Source: Gammaproteobacteria bacterium (GTDB lineage Bacteria; Pseudomonadota; Gammaproteobacteria; Pseudomonadales; JAUIET01). Taken from it: a stretch of DNA of 64,000 nucleotides. The DNA is taken from positions 70,900-134,899 of the forward strand of contig JAUIHW010000001.1 of assembly GCA_030431775.1 (NCBI GenBank), read 5' to 3'. Below, piece by piece: positions 18,613 to 27,526 of the stretch. Both the position numbers and the translations under genes were made by a program. The notes under the pieces are model-generated. The model was not told where the DNA came from. It searched no databases and saw only the letters and a program-made list of their open reading frames with translations. How positions within the stretch are numbered: position 1 is the first letter of the stretch; the number at the start of each line of letters is the position of its first letter.

Positions 18613-18903
18613 ATGATCAGGCAGATAACGGTTATTAAGTTCAAGCCAGAGGTTACTCCTAGCGATATTGACGCGGTGGGGGACGGCTTCGCAAAAATAT
18701 CTGATATTGTCGACGGTATCGCGCGCTTCGAGTACGGGCCCAACTTGCAGCTTATGAAAGGTACGTATGACTATGCGCTGGTAATCGACTTTGAGTCGGA
18801 AGCAGCATTGAAAAGCTACCAGGTTCATCCGCTTCACCTTGAGTTTGCAAAAAACTTTGTACCTCTAAGTGAACAGGCCGTTAGAGTGCACTACGCTGTA
18901 TAG
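18613..18903 (+). CDS. Dabb (stress-responsive alpha+beta barrel) family protein
   Basis: 96 aa with AGGAG upstream. It shows the canonical pattern ITVIKFKPEVT...FEYGPN...YALVIDFESEAALKSYQVHPLHLEF. Confidence 0.8.
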   Translation: MIRQITVIKFKPEVTPSDIDAVGDGFAKISDIVDGIARFEYGPNLQLMKGTYDYALVIDFESEAALKSYQVHPLHLEFAKNFVPLSEQAVRVHYAV

Positions 18904-18912
18904 CGGGAGCTG

Positions 18913-20007
18913 TTATGGGATTATTCTGCTACGGGCGACGGTATATAAGCCGATCGTTAGCAGCGGTATGATGTATATCAGCAGGTAAGCCCAGGCGAGA
19001 TTACCGTAACCCTGGGCCACCAGGGCGATGATGCCAAGCTTGCTAAGTAATAAGCCGGTAAGCAATGCCAATGCTGTTATAGCGGCATGCATTTTTCGTG
19101 ACAGTGTTTTTTGTCGAAGTTCCAGGCTCCATACGTCAAGGCGTTCTAAAAGTCCGTGTATCAGGCCCGCTACAGTCTGAATAATCATCCCAAACAGAAC
19201 GATGACGTACGCCACCATCAGCAATGAATTATCCAACTGACCAATCATCCAGTAAGTGGGTATCGCCTCATTGAGAACTTCTGGGTAGGCAGACATGAAA
19301 CAGAAATGGAAGATCAACGCTGGAAATGCGCCCATTATGCCGGCACAAAGGCCCGCACTGATGGCTTCGCCGCAACTATTAATGTCTCTGACGCAGTATA
19401 AAAGTATTGGAATGACCGCCGTATTGTACAGTGCGTATTGCAGGCCGCTTTTGAACCAATTGCCGTGGATTGGTTCAGTGCCAAATACCTGCCTGATGTT
19501 TTCCCCTCGTTCCACGAAAGAGATAACAAACAGCACCAGCAAGATGATCGTGAGGGCGATCATCCAAAAGGCCATTGACCTGGTCAGGAAATTCCGTCCG
19601 AAAAAACTGAGAGCGACCACCAGACCAAACAGTAAGCCGCCGCCTACGAATTCGGGTACGCCAAACTGATCTTGTATAATTGTTCCAGCAGCCGAACCGT
19701 TGACCGCGAGCACCAGTAGCAGGCCTGTTAGGAAAAGCAGCTCAAAGCCGATCCAGCCGCGGCCAATTAGCACTTTCATAAATCCTCGGTAGTCGTACGT
19801 CTGCGTGAATCTGGCCAGCTCGAAACTTAACGCGAGGACGAGCCCGAACCCGGCGGCAATCACTGCAAGTGCCAACAAACCACCAACCGGACCGTGCATG
19901 CTGACAAATTCTGCGATTTCACGGCCGGTGCCGTAAGCGCCACCAAATATCACCGATTGAAAAACCGCTGCCGGTATAAGAACTACCCTGAAGAATTTTG
20001 AGCCCAT
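18913..20007 (-). CDS. YkvI-like polytopic membrane protein (APC-superfamily-like putative transporter)
   Basis: It has about 11 TM segments. The N-terminal block AAVFQSVIFGGAYGTGREIAEF resembles the YkvI family signature (from memory). Confidence 0.65.
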   Translation of the reverse strand: MGSKFFRVVLIPAAVFQSVIFGGAYGTGREIAEFVSMHGPVGGLLALAVIAAGFGLVLALSFELARFTQTYDYRGFMKVLIGRGWIGFELLFLTGLLLVLAVNGSAAGTIIQDQFGVPEFVGGGLLFGLVVALSFFGRNFLTRSMAFWMIALTIILLVLFVISFVERGENIRQVFGTEPIHGNWFKSGLQYALYNTAVIPILLYCVRDINSCGEAISAGLCAGIMGAFPALIFHFCFMSAYPEVLNEAIPTYWMIGQLDNSLLMVAYVIVLFGMIIQTVAGLIHGLLERLDVWSLELRQKTLSRKMHAAITALALLTGLLLSKLGIIALVAQGYGNLAWAYLLIYIIPLLTIGLYTVARSRIIP

Positions 20008-20189
20008 AGTGGCCTACATTGTTTTTTTGATTCACTACCAAAGGCTTGGTGTTTTCCGAGACCTTAGCAGCGTTAGTTTTGATATTATTGTATTGAAGCG
20101 TCAGAAATTTGATTTTACGTGCCAAAAGAGCGGGTAGTAAAAGTAAGCGGGCAGCAGCCCAGGCATCATTTATTTGGAGTGTCTTTATT

Positions 20190-21188
20190 GTGAACTATCT
20201 GGTTCGCGCGCGAACATTACAGGGCTTCGAAGAGCTGGTTCTCTCACTTGGTGCAGATCCTGAAGCAGTCCTGGAGCGCGCCGGGCTTAATCCCGGTGTG
20301 TTAAGCCGGGCGGAGGACTGGATTCCGTTCAAGTCGGTATTGATCGCCTATGAAACCGCGGCGATGCTTACCGGTAGTGCTAACTTTGGCCTGCAGTTGT
20401 CCGGACAACGCGACTTGTCTTATCTTGGTCCAATCGGACTGATCTTCAAATACTCCAAAGATCTGCAAAGTGGTATGTATTCCATTATGAAATACATGAC
20501 AGTGCACAACACCGGTTACTATCCCAGCCTGGACAAAGCAGATGATGAGGTCAATTGGCGGCTGACCATACGCGGTTCATTACGAGCGTACGCAAATCAG
20601 TGGATGGAAGAATCGATGCTGACGACGCTGAACTGCCTGCGTATGTTTTTGGGTGAGGATTACGTGCCACGCGCGGTCGCGCTGCAACATAGCCCCAGCC
20701 CGAACGTAGACTATGACAGCTACTTTGGCGCGCCCCTGCAATTCTCTGCGGCATTCGATGGATTGATTCTTGAGCGCCAAGAGCTGAACGCACCCAACCC
20801 AATTGGTGATGGCGACCTTTATCAGTTCTTTGTTGGATACTTTGATTCGCGCGTACTGCGAGCCGAGGGTGATATACCCAGTGCCGTCGAGGCGCTGCTG
20901 AGAAGTCTAATCCCAACAGGCAAGTTCTCGGTAGACATAGTAGCCGACCAGCTTGGCCTGCACCGCCGCAAATTGCAGCGCCTACTAAATGACGCGGGGC
21001 TCACTTATGCAGAGATATTGGATCAATCGCGCAGGCAATTAGCCGCTGAATACCTGGCTACCAGCAACTTGCCAATGGTGAATTTGGCCTATCTGCTGGG
21101 TTACTCTGACCAAAGCGCTTTCAATCATGCGTTTCGGCGCTGGTATGGAGTAACGCCGCGGAAATGGAAAACACTTAAGCAGGCTTAG
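20190..21188 (+). CDS. AraC-family transcriptional regulator with AraC-type ligand-binding (Arabinose_bd-like) N-domain
   Basis: It has a C-terminal HTH pair (...LAYLLGYSDQSAFNHAFRRWYGVTPRKW). I placed the start at GTG 20190, 10 nt after GGAG. The track start 20109 adds a basic non-conserved leader. Confidence 0.8.
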   Translation: MNYLVRARTLQGFEELVLSLGADPEAVLERAGLNPGVLSRAEDWIPFKSVLIAYETAAMLTGSANFGLQLSGQRDLSYLGPIGLIFKYSKDLQSGMYSIMKYMTVHNTGYYPSLDKADDEVNWRLTIRGSLRAYANQWMEESMLTTLNCLRMFLGEDYVPRAVALQHSPSPNVDYDSYFGAPLQFSAAFDGLILERQELNAPNPIGDGDLYQFFVGYFDSRVLRAEGDIPSAVEALLRSLIPTGKFSVDIVADQLGLHRRKLQRLLNDAGLTYAEILDQSRRQLAAEYLATSNLPMVNLAYLLGYSDQSAFNHAFRRWYGVTPRKWKTLKQA

Positions 21189-21413
21189 TCCAGAGAGTTG
21201 TGTGTAAAAGGACTTGCTCTTACGTCACCTGAAATCAATATTTAGTCATCTATTCACAATTTCTGTAAAAAAACCGTCAGTAGTATTCAAGGTGATCCCA
21301 TTGGGCCAAGGTCCATGGGAACTGGCAGCTGCGCACTGGGAGATTTCACCGGATAATTGGTTCCGGTGGTCCCGCATATAGCACAAAACCAAACTATTGA
21401 CGGGGTATCAGAC

Positions 21414-23582
21414 ATGAAAAAGATGATTAGCAGACTATTCATTGCTTCGCTCGCCACTCAATCCTGGTTTGCCAATGCCCAGGGCAGCGGCATGCTGGAA
21501 GAGGTGGTGGTAACGGCGCAAAAACGGGAGCAGTCGGCGCAGGATACACCGGTTGCGGTAACTGTGCTGACCGGTGACGCGATGACGAAGTTGGGAGTGG
21601 AGAGCAGCAACGACATTGCCGATTACACTCCGGGCCTAAGCATATCCCCGGTCTTTGGTGCGGGCAATATTCCAAATATTGCCATAAGAGGCGTCGGTCT
21701 TAATGACTTTCGTGACTACCATGAAAGCCCATCAGCGGTTTATGTGGATGAGGTATACAAAGCGGCGCTGGCGAGCCTGGACTTTCAGTTGTTTGATGTG
21801 GAGCGGGCTGAAGTGTTGAAAGGTCCTCAAGGGACTTTGTTCGGTAGAAATGCCACTGGCGGGCTGATTCAGTACATAACCAACAAGCCCGGCGAAGAGC
21901 TGGAGGGTTTCGTGCGCTTGGGGGCCGGTTCTCTTGGTGAAACCAAAGCCGAGCTGGCCGTCGGTGGTCCGATTGCTGACGGGGTCGCCGGGCGAATTTC
22001 GGCCGTCTACCATAAGAACGACGGTATTCATAACAACGTTAACCCGGCTGGCGATGACGCTAACCAGACTGACCTGTCGGCTTTTCGAGGTCAGCTAAAA
22101 TTTGACCTCTCTGATGCGGCTACTTTGCTGTTATCTGTTGAGACGGCCAGCAATGATAACGATGGCGGTAACCCATACCGTTATGCCCCTTCATTCTTTG
22201 CGGCAGACAGTCTCGCAGTTATTGACGAAGCGAATCGAAATGTTGTGGTGGGCACGGATGACCGCAATGACATCAACGCAAGCGGTGGGCTGGCGCTCGA
22301 ATCGGACTACACAGCAGGTACCGCACGCCTGAATTGGAGTTTCGAAGCATTTGACCTTGTTTCCATCACCAATTTCCAGGATTTTGAGAAAGAGCATGTC
22401 CAGCAGGACTGTGACAGTACTCCGGATGATTTTTGCATAACAGAGTTTATTTCGGACACCAAGCAGTTCAGCCAGGAATTGCGCCTGCAGGGTGATCTGG
22501 ATGCCATTCAGTGGGATGTGGGGGTGTTCTACTTCGACTTGCAAACAGATGGAACACAAACCCTGACGGGACCAATTGCCGGAATATTTTTTGGCACAGA
22601 ATTCGGTACGACCCAGTTCGATACCGAAACCACCTCGTGGGCGGTATTTGGTCAGCTGGCCTATCACCTCACTGACGAGCTGACCTTGAGCGGAGGCCTG
22701 CGCTTCACCAACGATGAAAAGGATATGACCCAGAGCTTTCTGATCGGTGTGGTTCCTGGTGGTGTAGTGTATGACAGCAGCACGGTCGGACCACTGGCGA
22801 CCCAGGATGAAGACAACGTATCTTTTATGGCGAAGTTGTCCTGGGATGCTGGTGAAAACCTGATGGTGTATGGGGGTGTTTCCAAGGCATTCAAATCCGG
22901 CACTTTTAATACCGGTTTTGGTCCTGTCGACCCGAGTCAATACTCGGTAGAACCAGAGGAGCTAACCAGTTTTGAGCTGGGCTTCAAATCAACCCTGGGG
23001 GGCGGGCGTCACCGACTGAATGGCGCTGTGTTTTTCTACGACTACCAGGACCATCAAGCCTTCGTATATAGAGACTTAAATCAACTGCTGTTCAATGCCG
23101 ACGCCGAAGTATTCGGGGCCGAATTGGAATGGACCGGTTTGCCAACGGATTCGCTGGAAATCTCGGTAGGTATAGGCTATCTGGATTCCACTGTGAAAGA
23201 TGTCCAAGACCGCTCTGGTGCGATCCGCGATCGTGAGATGGTGCTTGCTCCTGAACTCAGTATCAATGTGCTGGCCAGGTACAGCTGGACGATCGCCGGT
23301 GGCAGTATTCTTGCCGCCCAACTCGATGGCAGTTACAGCTCTGATGTGTTTTACGACAACCTAAACCAGCCGGCGTTGAAGGAAGACGCCTACACCCAAA
23401 TTAACTCGCGCGTTTCCTGGTCAAGCGCCGATGATAGCTGGGAGCTGGCAGTATGGGGCAAAAATCTGGCCGATGAGGAATTTCGCATCTATGCCTTCGA
23501 CCTGACCGCAGACCTGGGTTATGTTCAAGAGGTTTACCACGCACCCAGAACTTTCGGAGTCAGCGTTGGTTATTATTTTTAA
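21414..23582 (+). CDS. TonB-dependent outer-membrane receptor
   Basis: It starts MKKMISRLFIASLATQSWFANAQG (signal). It has a plug domain (LEEVVVTAQKREQSAQDTPVAVTV...) and a C-terminal beta-barrel ending ...TFGVSVGYYF. Confidence 0.9.
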   Translation: MKKMISRLFIASLATQSWFANAQGSGMLEEVVVTAQKREQSAQDTPVAVTVLTGDAMTKLGVESSNDIADYTPGLSISPVFGAGNIPNIAIRGVGLNDFRDYHESPSAVYVDEVYKAALASLDFQLFDVERAEVLKGPQGTLFGRNATGGLIQYITNKPGEELEGFVRLGAGSLGETKAELAVGGPIADGVAGRISAVYHKNDGIHNNVNPAGDDANQTDLSAFRGQLKFDLSDAATLLLSVETASNDNDGGNPYRYAPSFFAADSLAVIDEANRNVVVGTDDRNDINASGGLALESDYTAGTARLNWSFEAFDLVSITNFQDFEKEHVQQDCDSTPDDFCITEFISDTKQFSQELRLQGDLDAIQWDVGVFYFDLQTDGTQTLTGPIAGIFFGTEFGTTQFDTETTSWAVFGQLAYHLTDELTLSGGLRFTNDEKDMTQSFLIGVVPGGVVYDSSTVGPLATQDEDNVSFMAKLSWDAGENLMVYGGVSKAFKSGTFNTGFGPVDPSQYSVEPEELTSFELGFKSTLGGGRHRLNGAVFFYDYQDHQAFVYRDLNQLLFNADAEVFGAELEWTGLPTDSLEISVGIGYLDSTVKDVQDRSGAIRDREMVLAPELSINVLARYSWTIAGGSILAAQLDGSYSSDVFYDNLNQPALKEDAYTQINSRVSWSSADDSWELAVWGKNLADEEFRIYAFDLTADLGYVQEVYHAPRTFGVSVGYYF

Positions 23583-23633
23583 TAACACGGTAGCGAGGCA
23601 GGTGGCTGCAGCTCGCTGGTCGCAAGAGAAGCC

Positions 23634-24851
23634 ATGAGTGTGGACTTTGCGCCGTATCAGGATGCGGCCACTACCGATCAGGCATTTAGTACTCACCTAG
23701 GTCGTGGCCCGGTAGACTACATGCATGCTTTGGGCACCGCCATTCATTACGGGCAGCGTCAAGGGGCAAGAGTACAAGATGCCTTTACCGGCAAGTGGTA
23801 TTGGGATTGCCATCGGAACGGTTCTCTCTACAACTTAGGCCATCGTAACCCGGCAATTGTTGCCACGCTGTCGCAGGCCCTGCAACAACTGGAGGTAGGC
23901 AACCTGTTCCTGGCTTCCGGTCAAAAGGCCTTTGCCGCTGAGCGGCTTGTTGACAGTAGTTCTGGGATGCTGCCAGGTGTTACTTTTGCGGCCAGCGGAG
24001 CTGAGGCCAGCGAGATTGCGATTCGCGCTGTTCGAGGATTTACGCGACGCAAGAATCTGGTTTCCTTGGAAGGCAGCTACCATGGGAGCACCTGCTTCGC
24101 AATGGCTGCCGGTGGAAACAAAGAGTTCAGGCAGCGTTATTTGCTGGATTTCGACGAAATTACTTTCGTTCCATACAATAATATGGCTGCCATGCGCGCG
24201 GCAGTCGATCAGGATACGGCTGCAGTATTATTGGAAGCATCGCCAGCGCAGTTGGGCTTTCCGGAACCAGATCCCGGGTACTTTCAAGCCGTTGCGGCAA
24301 TTTGCCGAAACGCCGGCGCACAACTGATTGTGGATGAGGTGCAAACTGGTCTGGGCGGCACCGGCAGTTTCTGGTTCTGGCAGCAGCAGGGAGTTGTGCC
24401 TGATGTGGTAACCATAGCCAAGGGCCTTGGCGGTGGGCTGCTAGCAAACGCAGCTGTGCTACTCGCGCCACCTATCAAGGAATGGTTCCACGACTCGCTC
24501 TACCCGCACAGCTCCACCTTTGCGGGGAATGAGCTGGCCTGTGTGATAACGAGCAAGGTCTGTGAGATGATTATGGCGGAGGGCTTTCTCGATCATGTGC
24601 GTGCGCTGGCCGAGCAATTCAAACAGGGCTTTTGTGGTGCGCCGTTCAAAGTTAATCAGAATGGTTTGTGCATGGGGCTGATCTCGAATGGTGAGGACAA
24701 CGTGACAATGACCCGTAAACTGTTTGAGGCCGGTGTGCTGGCCATACCGGCCAAATACGATAGCAGAGCCATAGAATTTCGCCCAATCTTGGTGCTAAGC
24801 CAGGAAGAGGCCAACCAGATTATCAGTATCGTTCGCGATACGCTTGGATAA
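23634..24851 (+). CDS. class-III aminotransferase (ornithine/acetylornithine/GABA-aminotransferase-like)
   Basis: It has FAASGAEASE, IVDEVQTGLGGTG and VTIAKGLGGG (PLP lysine). Confidence 0.85.
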   Translation: MSVDFAPYQDAATTDQAFSTHLGRGPVDYMHALGTAIHYGQRQGARVQDAFTGKWYWDCHRNGSLYNLGHRNPAIVATLSQALQQLEVGNLFLASGQKAFAAERLVDSSSGMLPGVTFAASGAEASEIAIRAVRGFTRRKNLVSLEGSYHGSTCFAMAAGGNKEFRQRYLLDFDEITFVPYNNMAAMRAAVDQDTAAVLLEASPAQLGFPEPDPGYFQAVAAICRNAGAQLIVDEVQTGLGGTGSFWFWQQQGVVPDVVTIAKGLGGGLLANAAVLLAPPIKEWFHDSLYPHSSTFAGNELACVITSKVCEMIMAEGFLDHVRALAEQFKQGFCGAPFKVNQNGLCMGLISNGEDNVTMTRKLFEAGVLAIPAKYDSRAIEFRPILVLSQEEANQIISIVRDTLG

Positions 24852-24863
24852 CTTATAAAGAGT

Positions 24864-26141
24864 ATGCCCATGATCCGATTGCTACCTAAGAACTCGCTCC
24901 TTCTGCTGGCTACGGCCAGCTTCGTCTGCAGTCTCGCCGCTTACGGCCAAAGCGACCCGGATGCGTTTGCCCGACTGAAAGCGCAGGGCTCCAAGGACGA
25001 AGCGACGATTCAGCTCAATCCCAAGGACCCCAGTTTCAATGTTTGGAAGCAGGTGCGCAAAGACTTATCGACTGGCAGAGAGCCAGGACTGATAAATGTA
25101 CAGCGCTTTGTTGGACACTATCCGTGGATCGGAATTCCGACTTTTTTTCATCTGCCAGTGGCTCTGACACCGGCCGATCTAAAGGCCGCAAAAGTTGAGG
25201 TGGCCATAATGGGTGCCGAACTGACTGGTGACCCGAGGGCAAGAAGCTGGGGTCCCGCTGAAATGCGAAATCCTCGTAGCTCGGAGGTCTATCACGTTTG
25301 GGGTGATTTCTCCATGCCCGAGCTGGATACGGGAGCGACAGCAATGAATGAGCTCGTGGTGGCTGACTATGGCGATGCGCCAAGTGAGCCGTTTAGCATC
25401 GAGCGCAGTATTCCCGAAATAAGACGAATGGTTCGTGAAATCGCCGAGACTGAAATTGCGGCGGGAAAAAGAACAATCCCGATTATTGTAGGTGGGCCAC
25501 ATGCACTGATGTACCCCGACGTGGCGGGCCTTGTGGATGTTTACGGAAAAGGCAATGTCGGAGTGATTCATTTCGATGCGCATGCAGACATGGCATCCAT
25601 TGGCTTTGGACATCTGGTCACGCATGGCAATCCGATCAGAGCATTGGTAAATGATGGCCTGGTTGATGGAGAGGATATCATCCAGGTTGGACTGAGAGGG
25701 CCCACGTCGACGGATCTGGCCACTGTGGAATGGGCACGCGAGCATGGCCTGCGTTACCACATGATGGCCGAAGTGGAAGCTCGCGGCTGGGATGCAGTCA
25801 TGGAAGACGTGCTGGAGGAAGCGATTCAGGGAGCGGACCACCTGTTCGTTTCTTTTGATTTGGATGTAGTCGATCCGGTCTTTATTCCGGGTACATCAAC
25901 ACCTGAGCCCGGTGGCTTATACATGCGAGAGGCCTTGCCACTGGTAAGACGTTTATGTGCTGAGGCGAATATTGTGGGTTTCGAGCTGGTAGAGCTACGC
26001 CCCGACTCAGACCCTGGCTACACCAGTGTACTTAATGCAAAAGCCATTTTGCGCCAGTGTCTGAACGGGTTGGCAATTCGTAAACGGGGGATTAGCGAAA
26101 AGGCTTACCTGCACCCGAAACTAAAAGATGATGGTCGTTAG
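24864..26141 (+). CDS. agmatinase/arginase-family ureohydrolase with N-terminal signal peptide
   Basis: It has Mn-ligand motifs GVIHFDAHADM, GGPH and FVSFDLDVVDP...PEPGG. The signal is LLLLATASFVCSLAAYGQ. The alternative start ATG 24870 has better SD spacing. Confidence 0.85.
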   Translation: MPMIRLLPKNSLLLLATASFVCSLAAYGQSDPDAFARLKAQGSKDEATIQLNPKDPSFNVWKQVRKDLSTGREPGLINVQRFVGHYPWIGIPTFFHLPVALTPADLKAAKVEVAIMGAELTGDPRARSWGPAEMRNPRSSEVYHVWGDFSMPELDTGATAMNELVVADYGDAPSEPFSIERSIPEIRRMVREIAETEIAAGKRTIPIIVGGPHALMYPDVAGLVDVYGKGNVGVIHFDAHADMASIGFGHLVTHGNPIRALVNDGLVDGEDIIQVGLRGPTSTDLATVEWAREHGLRYHMMAEVEARGWDAVMEDVLEEAIQGADHLFVSFDLDVVDPVFIPGTSTPEPGGLYMREALPLVRRLCAEANIVGFELVELRPDSDPGYTSVLNAKAILRQCLNGLAIRKRGISEKAYLHPKLKDDGR

Positions 26142-26152
26142 AGCGCTCTGAC

Positions 26153-26324
26153 GCTTACCCACTTATCACAGTTTAACCCGCTGGCACAGCAAGCTGTGCC
26201 AAATAGTCGCTGCGCTCTATGTCGTTTGTCCACGATCGATAGTCCACCGAGTCCCATGGCATATTAACCGCGACACGACCTGATTCCTGGCGGTAGAAGC
26301 TGTGCACATTGGGGTAGGACCAAA
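26153..26324. repeat. direct repeat, copy A (172 nt, 8 mismatches versus 29305..29476)
   Basis: I aligned the copies by eye, base by base, with no gaps. Homology ends abruptly on both sides. Confidence 0.95.
26173..26324 (-). pseudogene. displaced C-terminal 50-codon fragment of a BVMO gene
   Basis: The minus-strand translation is WSYPNVHSFYRQESGRVAVNMPWDSVDYRSWTNDIERSDYLAQLAVPAG*. It is in frame and has 4 aa differences from the C-terminus of the intact gene 29325..31244. No upstream coding continuation exists. Confidence 0.9.
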
Positions 26325-26599
26325 AAGTATAGAAACAGTAAACCTCTGTTGTCAGTAGATGGAGTTGCTGAAGAATATTCGATGTTGGCGGTGAAGGTGT
26401 TGAACTGCACTGAATATTGGGTCCAAATCAACATCAGGGGCTTACTTTACCCTTACTCTCCTATAATGCAACGCCAATAGCGTCATTCAATTGTTTGTCC
26501 CATCTGCGACAAGTGGGTAAACTCACAGATTAAACTAAGAATGCTGATCACACCAAGATCAAAAGAAGCCAATAATTAGAATAAATATAGGAGAATCAA

Positions 26600-26914
26600 T
26601 TGCTATACGTCACCGATGAGTTTCATATACCCGCTGCCAATATTGAGGAGGTTTTGGCACGCATAAACAATGTCTATTTTCCGCACGCCAGCGAGCGGGG
26701 TTATTCCCTGGAAAGCAAGCGCATCATGCCTGCTAGTGGTCAACAGGAAGACAGGATATTGTGGGTAACGTGGAGCCTGCCCGACATCATGAGCTTTTAT
26801 ATGAGCCGCGCAGGTCAATCACGAGTGACGATGGAGTTTTGGATGGGCTTGGAACCATTAATCACTAAACGCCACCGCCATATCACCGCCTCCGTAGAAG
26901 AAGCTTACTCATGA
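26600..26914 (+). CDS. hypothetical ~100-aa protein, predicted ferredoxin-like alpha+beta barrel (NIPSNAP/Dabb-like)
   Basis: The TTG start lies 6 nt after AGGAG. A beta-alpha-beta-beta-alpha-beta pattern can be read from the sequence (MLYVTDEFHI / IEEVLARINNVY / YSLESKRIM / ILWVTWSLPD / ...). The stop overlaps the next start as ATGA. The fold call is an inference. Confidence 0.55.
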   Translation: MLYVTDEFHIPAANIEEVLARINNVYFPHASERGYSLESKRIMPASGQQEDRILWVTWSLPDIMSFYMSRAGQSRVTMEFWMGLEPLITKRHRHITASVEEAYS

Positions 26915-27510
26915 GGACGACCACACAAATTTGGACGCAAGAAGGTGTCACACAAGAATCCATTCAAGCTGAAATTGCAGATAAACTAAGCGGCGCAGAT
27001 TTTCTCCATTTGGGACAAAATATTGAAGGCACTGTCGGCGGCGGTAATTTCACTCTAGATGCGGCGAACGCTGACCTAAACGCATTGCAATCTCTACAAG
27101 ACATCGCAGCCGTCACTGAAGCTGACACGGCTACCTATGAGTGGCTAGAAACCGGTGCTCGTGGAGACAATACAGATAACACTATCTGGAGAACCTTGCT
27201 GCTCACGGTGAAAGACGGAACCGATCAAAGAGCGGTAGAGCAGTTTGAACATGACTTGCTGCAAATGCCTACCCATATCCAAACCATCAACAAATGGGGG
27301 CTGGCGCGAGTAATCTCTGACAGCCGCTGGACGCACGTTTGGCAGCAAGAATACGCCGATATTACCGGGCTTGTTGGTGAGTACTTGTCGCACCCGTATC
27401 ACTGGGCTTGGGTAGACACCTACTTTGATATGGAAAACCCACGCCACATCGTTGAGCCAAGTATTGCGCACTGTTTCTGCCCACTCTCGGGCACCATCAT
27501 CAAGAGCTAG
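26911..27510 (+). CDS. two-domain Dabb-like (alpha+beta barrel) protein
   Basis: The C-terminal half IWRTLLLTVKDGTDQRAVEQFEHDLLQMPTHIQTINKWGLARV...WQQEYADITGLVGEYLSHPYHWAWVD matches the Dabb pattern, including the Y..HP.H motif. The N-terminal half has the same secondary-structure rhythm but is degenerate. Confidence 0.65.
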   Translation: MRTTTQIWTQEGVTQESIQAEIADKLSGADFLHLGQNIEGTVGGGNFTLDAANADLNALQSLQDIAAVTEADTATYEWLETGARGDNTDNTIWRTLLLTVKDGTDQRAVEQFEHDLLQMPTHIQTINKWGLARVISDSRWTHVWQQEYADITGLVGEYLSHPYHWAWVDTYFDMENPRHIVEPSIAHCFCPLSGTIIKS

Positions 27511-27526
27511 CGGTACGGAGTCACTA

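Noticed and set aside
21189-21413. Possible cobalamin riboswitch upstream of the TonB-dependent receptor (GGGAAC ... GCGCACTGGGAG).
   Set aside because: There are only two short loose matches. The order and spacing do not fit the B12-box core as I remember it, and the region is too short for the full element.
26139-26148. A 10-bp palindrome AGAGCGCTCT at the ureohydrolase stop codon, considered as a terminator or recombination site.
   Set aside because: It has no loop and no T-tract, and it is short enough to occur by chance. The direct-repeat boundary is 5 nt further on.
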